A DNA stretch of 47,123 bases, from the NCBI GenBank assembly GCA_902384455.1, contig CABMCB010000032.1:1-47123 (forward strand), given 5' to 3'. This stretch comes from an uncultured archaeon (GTDB lineage Archaea > Altiarchaeota > Altiarchaeia > IMC4 > SCGC-AAA252-I15). Numbering within the stretch: the first letter of the stretch is position 1; every line of letters starts with the position of its first letter. The notes beneath the pieces were generated by a model. It was not told where the DNA came from, did no database searches, and saw only the letters and a program-made list of their open reading frames with translations. Position numbers and translations under genes: made by a program. This document shows positions 10,351 to 20,844 of the stretch, piece by piece.

Positions 10351-10884
10351 ATGAAGCGCACTCTAGCATATACGGCGGCTTTCGGACTTATTCTCTCACT
10401 CTATGCGTCAGCCCAATCCGCCGCGCCGCAAGTCACAGTATTGGGGAACTCCATAGACATACCGCTCTCAACCGACACACTAGATACCATGAGGCTGCAG
10501 GGAGTAGACGCCACAACAATATCCGCCCAAGAACTAAGGCTACACCAAAACGACCCCTTAATACTGATATTAGGAGGCCAGAATTCTCCTGAAGGAGTAG
10601 GCGAAATAGTCGGTGGGATACTGAACATAAGCGAACAAGAGGAACTTGTCTCAAGCCCCTACGCTAGGACAGTTCAAGTTTACCCTAACTTATGGTGCAT
10701 AAACCAAACAGTGGTAATACTCGCAGGTTACAGCAAGGAACAGACTCATAAAGCGTTCGCAGACTCCGCCGGAGACATAGTAAGGATACTCACTCAAAAC
10801 GGCACTGCCATAAGCCTAGGCAACGAAACACCCACGACAGGAATACACCCAACACTCGACTTCAGCCAACTGAAAGTGTGTTGA
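10351..10884 (+). CDS. Secreted/surface protein with a cell-wall-binding-2/S-layer-like alpha/beta domain
   Basis: Signal peptide ending ASA-Q, plus ILILGGQNS and VVILAG segments. Confidence 0.6.
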   Translation: MKRTLAYTAAFGLILSLYASAQSAAPQVTVLGNSIDIPLSTDTLDTMRLQGVDATTISAQELRLHQNDPLILILGGQNSPEGVGEIVGGILNISEQEELVSSPYARTVQVYPNLWCINQTVVILAGYSKEQTHKAFADSAGDIVRILTQNGTAISLGNETPTTGIHPTLDFSQLKVC

Positions 10885-10910
10885 AGAAAAAAAAGCAGGC
10901 AGTAAATTAT

Positions 10911-10983
10911 TAGCCCCGGCAGGATTCGAACCTGCGTCGCCCGGTCCAAAGCCGGGCAGGATTGGCCACTACCCCACGGGGCT
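10911..10983 (-). tRNA. tRNA-Gln(TTG)
   Basis: Cloverleaf AGCCCCG...CGGGGCT-A, anticodon arm CCCGG-CTTTGGA-CCGGG and T-loop GTTCGAATC. Confidence 0.96.
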
Positions 10984-11025
10984 GTTTTTGTTGCTTCGCT
11001 CCGCAGGCAGCAGTCTATTTGGGAT

Positions 11026-11074
11026 GCAACCCTTTCTTAAAGGGTTGCTGGATAGGCCACTACCCCACGGGGCT
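11026..11074 (-). repeat. Copy of tRNA-Gln nt 1-25 (11050-11074) followed by a 10-bp palindromic hairpin (11026-11048)
   Basis: GGATAGGCCACTACCCCACGGGGCT matches 10959-10983 at 24/25. Hairpin GCAACCCTTT-CTT-AAAGGGTTGC. Confidence 0.9.
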
Positions 11075-11185
11075 GTCTGCGTAGGTACTTGGTTTCTGGG
11101 ATATGTATAGGGCAACGGGGGATTAAAAAAGAGGTTTTTACGGCAGGTAAGCCGGATATATCCTTGAAATCCGAGGAGTATTTTA

Positions 11186-12178
11186 ATGGCCGGAGACTTG
11201 GGGAAGGTTGTTGGGTTTTCTCCTGCTTACAATGAGAGGGAGGGCATTGACCGCGTGATTTCAGCTATGATAGCCAGCCGCTTGGTTGATGATATTTTTG
11301 TCGTTGATGACGGCAGTACGGATGGCACGGCCGACGTAGTCACATCTTTTCCCAGTGTCCGGTTGATTCGCCATGGTACTAATATGGGGAAGATGGAGGC
11401 TTTTTTGACGGGCATAAGGGAGGCGGAGAGAGCGGGGGCGCAGGTGATGTTTATTACTGACGCGGACATGCGCGGTTTAACTGGAGTATTGACGGACGGA
11501 ATCATTACACATTTAACAGATAGACCTGACGTTGAGATGGTGCGGTGCCCTTATTACCAGGATTTGGGTGGGGGCGACAATGAGGTATGTCCGCCAGAGT
11601 ATTCTGGCCTGCGCGCTATAACCAGAGATGTATGGCAGAGGATTCTTTCCGGCTTAGAACACGATTCGAAATACCGTCAGATTTATAGGGCGCATAGCAT
11701 ACCTGAGCCGATGCTGGATGCAGCGGTATCTGAGGGTAGGATTGTTGACTTGGATGTTGAAGAGGTAACTCTCATCTCTAGGAGGGCCGGAGGAGGAGCC
11801 ACACCCCTGGGCAAGATAAGACAGCAGATTAGACAGGCGGAGGATGTCATACGCACGAGATCTATGATAGCGGACTACACCGCACTCCTTCATGAGCTAA
11901 AGTTAAGAGGCGATCCCGCATTCGCAGGTCTATCCAACGACGGAATTAGGGAATTAGCCAGAGAGTTGGATGACCCAGACATGGACGACATACTAAGGGC
12001 GTCGCCTACGGCCTACGCTAAGCATGTTCTTGATTTGAGGACGGCTTCGCGCAATCCTGGCATTCCCTTTGAGGGGCGGGCGGACTTGCGTAGGCAGGCG
12101 CGGATGCTTTCTGTTGACGAGGTGCCTAAGCCGCCTCCAAAGGATGCGGACGCCGGCCAGAAGAAGGATAAGGTGTAG
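11186..12178 (+). CDS. GT2-family glycosyltransferase with divergent C-terminal extension
   Basis: SPAYNEREGI, VVDDGSTDGT, NMGK and TDAD (DxD). SD GAGGAG upstream. Confidence 0.8.
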   Translation: MAGDLGKVVGFSPAYNEREGIDRVISAMIASRLVDDIFVVDDGSTDGTADVVTSFPSVRLIRHGTNMGKMEAFLTGIREAERAGAQVMFITDADMRGLTGVLTDGIITHLTDRPDVEMVRCPYYQDLGGGDNEVCPPEYSGLRAITRDVWQRILSGLEHDSKYRQIYRAHSIPEPMLDAAVSEGRIVDLDVEEVTLISRRAGGGATPLGKIRQQIRQAEDVIRTRSMIADYTALLHELKLRGDPAFAGLSNDGIRELARELDDPDMDDILRASPTAYAKHVLDLRTASRNPGIPFEGRADLRRQARMLSVDEVPKPPPKDADAGQKKDKV

Positions 12179-12251
12179 AGCCTCAGCCGGGAATTGAACC
12201 CGGGACCTCGTGCTTACCAAGCACGCGCTCTACCAACTGAGCTACTGAGGC
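12179..12251 (-). tRNA. tRNA-Thr(GGT)
   Basis: GCCTCAG...CTGAGGC-T, anticodon arm with loop TTGGTAA and T-loop GTTCAATTC. Confidence 0.96.
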
Positions 12252-12283
12252 GGTATGGGGGATATTTGTTTTTTGATTTATTA

Positions 12284-12352
12284 GTGGGCTTGAGCGCCTT
12301 ATGGCGCGAAACCCACCTTATCCGTCGGATAATTCCGACCTACTGAGGCGGT
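12284..12352 (-). repeat. Copy of the tRNA-Thr 5' end plus 3 leader nt (12340-12352) followed by palindromic hairpins
   Basis: CTACTGAGGCGGT is identical at 12242-12254 and 12340-12352. Hairpins at 12324-12339, 12318-12332 and 12284-12316. Confidence 0.8.
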
Positions 12353-12403
12353 GAATTGATGCGAAGTGAGGTAGTATTTTTGCGTTTTCCGGATAAAAGC
12401 GTT

Positions 12404-13288
12404 TTATAGCAGCGCTCCGGCGTAAAAAGCCAGCATGCTGATGGCTTGGCCTAACACAAGCATCCTTTGGGTGAGTGTTTCGTGCATTGTGTGGGCTGCG
12501 GCGAATACTGCTGCTGCAAGTAGCGTGAAGGGTAAGTATGCTGTTGTGTTGAATGTTTGCGGCGCTATGAATAGGGGGGCGAATCCTACTATTACTGCGG
12601 TTAGGGTGGATGTTTCTGCGATGCGTTTGGCCCATTTTACTCCGTAATGTATGGGTATTGTTTGGCTGTATTTTTTCATGTCGCCTTCCCGGTCTTCTAC
12701 GTCTTTGATTATTTCGCGGCTTAGTGTTGAGAAGAAGCTTGCGACTACGAGGGTGATTATGAGTGTGAGGCGGCTTATTTCTGGGACTGGAGATGCGGAT
12801 TCTGCGGCTGCGGCTCCGTAGAGGAAGAGGGATGAAACGAGGTATGCTACCGCGAAGTTTGATATCCCAAGCAGCGTTTTGCCGTATAAGCCGTATAGGA
12901 CGAGTATTATAGTGTTTCCTACTACGATAACCAGGCATAGCGTGCTTATTGATTTGGCAAGGCCCAATCCTATCAGGAACATTGCGATTGCGAGCATCAG
13001 TGCGTCAGGGCGGGTTATTCTTCCGCTGGGTATGGGCCGTTTAGGTCTGTTGATTCGGTCTATTTCGTGGTCGTAGTAGTCGTTGAGGACGTTTCCTGCG
13101 CCCATTATTAGTGCCGCGGACAATGCGGCGTAGAATACTGCCGTGTCTATGGTAGGGTGCGATGTGGTTGCCGCCGTAAGCAGGGCTCCCAAGTAGACGC
13201 CGACAAAAGATAAGGCGGCGTTGCGCACGCGGATTAACTCTAGGAATGTTTTAATTGAGCCCAGAAAGCTTGCTTCAACGGATTCCAT
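12404..13288 (-). CDS. Digeranylgeranylglyceryl phosphate synthase (UbiA family)
   Basis: NDYYDHEIDRINRPKRPIPSG and REIIKDVEDREGD motifs; polytopic membrane protein. Confidence 0.9.
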   Translation of the reverse strand: MESVEASFLGSIKTFLELIRVRNAALSFVGVYLGALLTAATTSHPTIDTAVFYAALSAALIMGAGNVLNDYYDHEIDRINRPKRPIPSGRITRPDALMLAIAMFLIGLGLAKSISTLCLVIVVGNTIILVLYGLYGKTLLGISNFAVAYLVSSLFLYGAAAAESASPVPEISRLTLIITLVVASFFSTLSREIIKDVEDREGDMKKYSQTIPIHYGVKWAKRIAETSTLTAVIVGFAPLFIAPQTFNTTAYLPFTLLAAAVFAAAHTMHETLTQRMLVLGQAISMLAFYAGALL

Positions 13289-13291
13289 CGC

Positions 13292-13912
13292 TTAGAACCG
13301 GATTCCCCCCTTAGGTATGTACCCGTACTTCTTTTTTTCTTGTATGCCGAAAATCATTCCCGCTATCATCCCGCCCAAATGGGCGTTATGCGCTATTGTT
13401 CCCATTGTGGCGGCCATGTCTGCGAGCGCCATGAAAGTGTAGAGTATTACCCATATGTAGAGGGGCATTGGGAATATGAAGCCGAGGTATATCGTTATGT
13501 TGGGTTGCAGGACCACTAATGTTCCCATTACCGCGAATACTGCCCCACTTGCACCTACCGCAGGTATGTTTGGAGCGGGTATGCCAAAGACGAGGGACGT
13601 GAATACGTATGCTAAGCTTCCGGCAATTCCGCCGAGGAAATATATGCGCTTCAGCGTCTTCGACCCAACAAGCTGCTCCACATATATCCCGAAGAAGTAG
13701 AGGCCTATCATGTTGAACAGCAGGTGGGTGAAGTCTACGTGTATGAACATGCTGGTTAGCAGTGTCCACGGCATGGTGAATACTGTTGCTGGCGTTAGCG
13801 CGAGGTATCTGTATGTGAATTGGGGGGCTATGACTGTGAAGAAGAACATTGCGCCGTTCACTATCATCATGTCTTCTATGAACCGGCTTTTGGGTCTGGC
13901 GTAAGCGTACAT
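13292..13912 (-). CDS. Rhomboid family intramembrane serine protease
   Basis: HLLFNM, GASG (catalytic Ser) and AHLGG (catalytic His). Start set at ATG 13912, just after the argJ stop. Confidence 0.92.
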   Translation of the reverse strand: MYAYARPKSRFIEDMMIVNGAMFFFTVIAPQFTYRYLALTPATVFTMPWTLLTSMFIHVDFTHLLFNMIGLYFFGIYVEQLVGSKTLKRIYFLGGIAGSLAYVFTSLVFGIPAPNIPAVGASGAVFAVMGTLVVLQPNITIYLGFIFPMPLYIWVILYTFMALADMAATMGTIAHNAHLGGMIAGMIFGIQEKKKYGYIPKGGIRF

Positions 13913-13914
13913 GG

Positions 13915-15066
13915 TTAGCTGTATTCGGCGTTGATTTTCACGTATTGCGGGGATAAGTCGCATGTCCACGCTTTAGCTTCTTCTTTTCCGGCGCCGATGT
14001 CGAAGTGGACGATTATGTCGTGGTTTTTTAGTATCTGGTGGGCGCTTTCAAGAGGCAGGCTGCGTCCGCGGCGGAATACGAACGCTTTTTTTCCGCCTCC
14101 TTCGAATGCGACGGTGGTTTGAATGTAGTTTATTTTTGTGGCTGCGCCTGCTGAGGCGAGTATGCGTCCCCAGTTGGGGTTTTCTCCGTACAGTGCCGTT
14201 TTTACGAGGGGGCTGCGGATTATGGCGTGCGCTGCTTTTTTGGCTGCGTCTTTGTTTTTGGCGCCTGTGACGTTTACTTCGATGAATTTGGTGGCTCCTT
14301 CGCCGTCGCGCGCTATTTGCTTGGCGAGGCTTGTCGTGACTTCGTCGAGGGCTTTTTGTAGGTCTATTGTTGTGCCTTTTTTAGTGCGGTTTGAAAGCAA
14401 AAGCACGGTGTCGTTTGTGCTCATGTCTCCGTCTACCGCAATCATGTTGAAGCTTTTTTCCACTGATTCCTTAAGGCAGCGCTGCAGGATTATAGGGGGG
14501 AAGTCTGCGTTTGTCGTTATGAAAGCGAGCATTGTCGCCATGTTTGGGGCTATCATTCCTGCGCCTTTCACTATTCCTCCGACTTGGATGCCGCCGTACT
14601 CCGCGTGCGCCTGCTTTGGGACTGTGTCGGTGGTCATTATGGCTTTCGCTGCGGCCAAACTTGCGGCGGAAGAAGAGGATAATGAAGGAGCCACCCTATC
14701 AACCAGCGAAAATAATTTTTTCAGGTCGATTGGTTTTCCTATTATGCCAGTAGAACAAACACCCACACTAGACGACTCAACACCCAACACCTTAGCGGCA
14801 TAAGACGCCATACTGCGCGCATCCTTAACCTGCGAATCAACACAACAATTAGCGTTACCAGAATTCGCAACCACAGCCCTCAAAACACCCGGAACCAGCT
14901 TCCCAGACACCAAAACAGGCCCCGCCTTAACGCTATTGCCCGTAAAAACACCCGCAGCAGCACAAAGCCTATCTGCCACAATAAGCATGACACCGTACTT
15001 GCCGTCCTTCAAACCGGCTGCCTTAAAACCCGGAACGCACACTCCGCGGCACTTTTGCGAATCCAT
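13915..15066 (-). CDS. argJ: Ornithine acetyltransferase / N-acetylglutamate synthase ArgJ
   Basis: NSGNAN, IMTTDT, KGAGMIAPNMATML (autocleavage site), DGDMSTND, RDGEGATK and NWGRI. Confidence 0.96.
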   Translation of the reverse strand: MDSQKCRGVCVPGFKAAGLKDGKYGVMLIVADRLCAAAGVFTGNSVKAGPVLVSGKLVPGVLRAVVANSGNANCCVDSQVKDARSMASYAAKVLGVESSSVGVCSTGIIGKPIDLKKLFSLVDRVAPSLSSSSAASLAAAKAIMTTDTVPKQAHAEYGGIQVGGIVKGAGMIAPNMATMLAFITTNADFPPIILQRCLKESVEKSFNMIAVDGDMSTNDTVLLLSNRTKKGTTIDLQKALDEVTTSLAKQIARDGEGATKFIEVNVTGAKNKDAAKKAAHAIIRSPLVKTALYGENPNWGRILASAGAATKINYIQTTVAFEGGGKKAFVFRRGRSLPLESAHQILKNHDIIVHFDIGAGKEEAKAWTCDLSPQYVKINAEYS

Positions 15067-15123
15067 CCCCACTATTTAAGATTAAGGGGAAAAAAGTATT
15101 ACTCCAAGACAGGGAGGGATATT

Positions 15124-16509
15124 ATTACCCGTAAAACGACTGATGGACCGCGGGACCACTGCGCAGTATTCGGCATATACTCGTCTGAGCCCGCCTTCAA
15201 GTCCATCTACTATGGATTATATTCCCTGCAGCACAGGGGTCAGGAGTCGGCCGGAATAGCCACCTACACAAACAAGGTCCACCTACACAAGGACATGGGC
15301 CTTGTCTACGACATCTTTGCTAGAGTGGAATTGCCGGGAAACTGCGGCATAGGACACGTACGCTACAGCACCCAAGGAGCGTCAAACGTAGTCAACGCCC
15401 AGCCGATACTAATCAACTACAGCAAAGGCACATTCGCAATAGCCCACAACGGCCAGATAGTAAACCACCGCGAACTACGCCAAGTCCTTGAAGACAGAGG
15501 AAACATATTCACCACAACAAGCGACACCGAAATAATAGCGGTGCTCATCGCCCAAGAACACCATAAAACAGACGACTTCCTCGAAGCCATACGCGGCGCA
15601 ATGAAACAACTCCGCGGCAGCTACTGCCTCACAATACTCCATGAAGGAAAAGTCTACGCAGTAAGAGACCCAAACGCCATACGGCCGCTGGTTTTGGGCG
15701 GCGAGAAGGGCACTTACGCGGTGGCAAGCGAAAGCTGCGCTTTGGACACCATAGACCTCCCGTTGATTAGGGACGTGAAGCCTGCGGAGATAATTGTCAT
15801 CGATGAAAACGGCTACAAAAGCCACCCGGGAGTCGCTGGAAGACGAGCCCACTGCATGTTTGAGTACGTTTACTTCAGCCGCCCGGACAGCGTCTTGGAT
15901 GGAATAAGCGTCTATGAAGTCAGGAAAAACCTGGGCCGCCTATTAAGCGAGGAAGGTCCTGTGGACGCGGATCTTGTGATACCGGTTCCAAACAGCGGCA
16001 TAACTGCGGCCATAGGTTACAGCGAGGAAAGCGGCGTGCCTTACAGTGAGGGGCTGATGAAAAACAGGTATATGGGTCGTACGTTCATTATGCCGAATCA
16101 GGAGCAGAGGGATGCGGGAGTTAAGGTTAAGCTTAATCCGATTAAGAGCGAGGTGCAGGGGAAGAATGCCGTTCTGATAGACGACAGCATAGTCCGCGGG
16201 ACCACCCAGCGGCGCATCGTCAAGATTCTGAGGGACGCAGGCGCCGAGGAGATTCACGTCAGGATAAGCTGCCCTCCGATAAAGCACGTTTGCCCCTACG
16301 GCATAGACATGCAGGTTAGCGACGAATTCATAGCCACAGAAAAGAACGTCGAGGAAATATGCAAAACCATAGGCGCAGACAGCTTAGTGTACCTCAGCAA
16401 GGAGGGGTTGGTGCAAGCCATAGGGCTTCCCGCAGACAAAATCTGCATGGCATGCTTGACTGGCGATTACCCGATTAAACCTCAGCAAACAAAACTCACA
16501 GACAAATAA
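15124..16509 (+). CDS. purF: Amidophosphoribosyltransferase (start uncertain, probably ATT)
   Basis: CAVFG Ntn cysteine, QHRGQESAG, GHVRYST, CMFEYVYFSRPDS, DDSIVRGTT and C-terminal CMAC. Confidence 0.95.
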   Translation: MTRKTTDGPRDHCAVFGIYSSEPAFKSIYYGLYSLQHRGQESAGIATYTNKVHLHKDMGLVYDIFARVELPGNCGIGHVRYSTQGASNVVNAQPILINYSKGTFAIAHNGQIVNHRELRQVLEDRGNIFTTTSDTEIIAVLIAQEHHKTDDFLEAIRGAMKQLRGSYCLTILHEGKVYAVRDPNAIRPLVLGGEKGTYAVASESCALDTIDLPLIRDVKPAEIIVIDENGYKSHPGVAGRRAHCMFEYVYFSRPDSVLDGISVYEVRKNLGRLLSEEGPVDADLVIPVPNSGITAAIGYSEESGVPYSEGLMKNRYMGRTFIMPNQEQRDAGVKVKLNPIKSEVQGKNAVLIDDSIVRGTTQRRIVKILRDAGAEEIHVRISCPPIKHVCPYGIDMQVSDEFIATEKNVEEICKTIGADSLVYLSKEGLVQAIGLPADKICMACLTGDYPIKPQQTKLTDK

Positions 16510-16510
16510 A

Positions 16511-17557
16511 TTGCACGTCATAGTAGGCGTCGACCCCGGAACAACGACAGCACTCGCGTTTCTAAGCCTTGAAGGCCGATTCCTGGACGTCGTGTCCGCA
16601 AAGGAGATGGGGTTGTCCGGCGCAATAGACGAAATAATCAAGCGCGGCAAACCCTCCATAATCGCCACCGACGTCAACCCGCCGCCTTCTTTCGTCGAAC
16701 GACTCGCATCCAAAATGGGGGCGACCCTTTACACGCCCCCGGAACCGCTCACAGTCGCAGACAAATGGGAACTGACCCGGGAACACCGCATAGAAGACGC
16801 ACACCAAAGAGACGCGCTGGCAGCCGCACTAAACGCATACCAGCACCTGCACAACAAACTCAAGAAGGCGGCTTCGCTCGGCCTTCCCGACGAGGTGACG
16901 CACCGCGTTCTTAAGGGGGTGAGCATCGACAACGCCATCCACGAACTCGATGAGAAGAAGAATCAGGCCATGCAGCATCCGCCGTATATTCCAGTGCGCA
17001 ACGACGAAGAGCGCGCCCGGCTTAAAGACGAGAACGTGAGGCTCAGAGAGATGCTTAATTCTGCTGAAGAGGAAATTTCGCGCCTGAAAAACCAGATTCA
17101 CGATGAAAAACGGAGGTACATCCTTGAAGTAAGCCACGACAAGGAAATCCGTGAGAGAGACCACACAATACAGCACCTTACGAGAAAAAACGACGAACTC
17201 AGAAGGAAACTCGACAGGATGGAGGCCGTCCGCGCACTCTGGAAGCAGACGGCGACAGGCACAATACACCCCGTAGGCCTTTTCCCCCAAGCGCTCGCAG
17301 GAATCACACTCATCACTAGGCCGCTGAAAAACAAGGATTTGCCTCTTTTGACGGGGGTCATAACTGCGTTCAACAGCATCCCCCAAAACGACAGGATACT
17401 CCTTGACCACAACATAATCGTAATCAAGGCATCTACAGTGCGCGAAATAGAACGCTTCTACTACGTCACGACAAAAGACATGAATGACGCGGAAAAAAAG
17501 AGGCCTGTTGACCTCACCAAGATTATAGGGGAATACCGCACTGAAAGAGGCCAATGA
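16511..17557 (+). CDS. DUF460 family protein (RNase H-like N-domain plus coiled coil)
   Basis: IVGVDPGTTTALA, IIATDVNPPP and HQRDALAAA, followed by a coiled coil. Confidence 0.85.
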   Translation: MHVIVGVDPGTTTALAFLSLEGRFLDVVSAKEMGLSGAIDEIIKRGKPSIIATDVNPPPSFVERLASKMGATLYTPPEPLTVADKWELTREHRIEDAHQRDALAAALNAYQHLHNKLKKAASLGLPDEVTHRVLKGVSIDNAIHELDEKKNQAMQHPPYIPVRNDEERARLKDENVRLREMLNSAEEEISRLKNQIHDEKRRYILEVSHDKEIRERDHTIQHLTRKNDELRRKLDRMEAVRALWKQTATGTIHPVGLFPQALAGITLITRPLKNKDLPLLTGVITAFNSIPQNDRILLDHNIIVIKASTVREIERFYYVTTKDMNDAEKKRPVDLTKIIGEYRTERGQ

Positions 17558-17598
17558 CGAGGGACGCTTATTTAGGCGCGCAGGACAGATTAGGGAGT

Positions 17599-18339
17599 AT
17601 GGCAAAGAAAGAGACTTCCGAGAACCAACCTGAAAAGAAAGGCCGTGTAGAGATTGAGAGAAACGGACCTTACGTCGTCTCAGGCAACCTGCCGCTTAGC
17701 AAGGAAATCATCTGCCCGGACGAAGACGGCGAACCGCTTAAGTGGGCTGCAGGAGAAAAGTATCCGCCTCAGGAAGAATACCGCCTATGCAGGTGCGGGC
17801 AATCCAAAAACAAGCCTTATTGCGACAAAACACACGTGAAGATAGATTTTGACGGCACCGAAACAGCCAGCCTGAAAAAATACGGCGAACAAGCAGACTG
17901 GGTGGACGGACCGGACCTCATTTTATACGACGTTCAAAAACTTTGCGCGGCAGCACGCTTTTGCCATAGGGAGGGTGGGACGTGGGAGCTTACGGAGAAA
18001 TCCGGCGACAAAAGATGCCGTGAAACCGCGATTCAGCAGGCGGGAATGTGCCCTTCAGGCAGATTGACTGCGTGCGACAAGAAGACTAAGAAGGCGCTTG
18101 AGCCTGTTTTTGAGCAGGAGATAACTCTGGTGGAGGACCCTGAGGAAAACGTGAGTGGACCTATTTGGGTGAAAGGCGGCGTGCCCATTAAGGCGTCGGA
18201 CGGAAGCGAATACGAAGTCAGAAATAGGGTCACATTGTGCCGTTGCGGAGAATCCCGCAACAAGCCTTTTTGCGACGGAAGCCACATTCCCTTCGAATTT
18301 AATGACGGAGACAAGTCACTCAGGAGAAACAAAAGGTGA
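17599..18339 (+). CDS. CDGSH iron-sulfur domain protein (two CDGSH motifs around a divergent ferredoxin domain)
   Basis: CRCGQSKNKPYCDKTH, CAAARFC...CPSG and CRCGESRNKPFCDGSH. SD GGGAG before ATG 17599. Confidence 0.9.
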   Translation: MAKKETSENQPEKKGRVEIERNGPYVVSGNLPLSKEIICPDEDGEPLKWAAGEKYPPQEEYRLCRCGQSKNKPYCDKTHVKIDFDGTETASLKKYGEQADWVDGPDLILYDVQKLCAAARFCHREGGTWELTEKSGDKRCRETAIQQAGMCPSGRLTACDKKTKKALEPVFEQEITLVEDPEENVSGPIWVKGGVPIKASDGSEYEVRNRVTLCRCGESRNKPFCDGSHIPFEFNDGDKSLRRNKR

Positions 18340-18340
18340 A

Positions 18341-20786
<2,446 letters not shown>

Positions 20787-20844
20787 CGGTGCACCTTTAA
20801 CATTAAACGTAATGAATGACGCAGGCGAGGATAAAACACGGCAA

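Noticed and set aside
10895-11010. GCAGGCAG direct repeat on both sides of tRNA-Gln as a target-site duplication
   Set aside because: An 8-bp match, asymmetrically placed and not distinguishable from chance.
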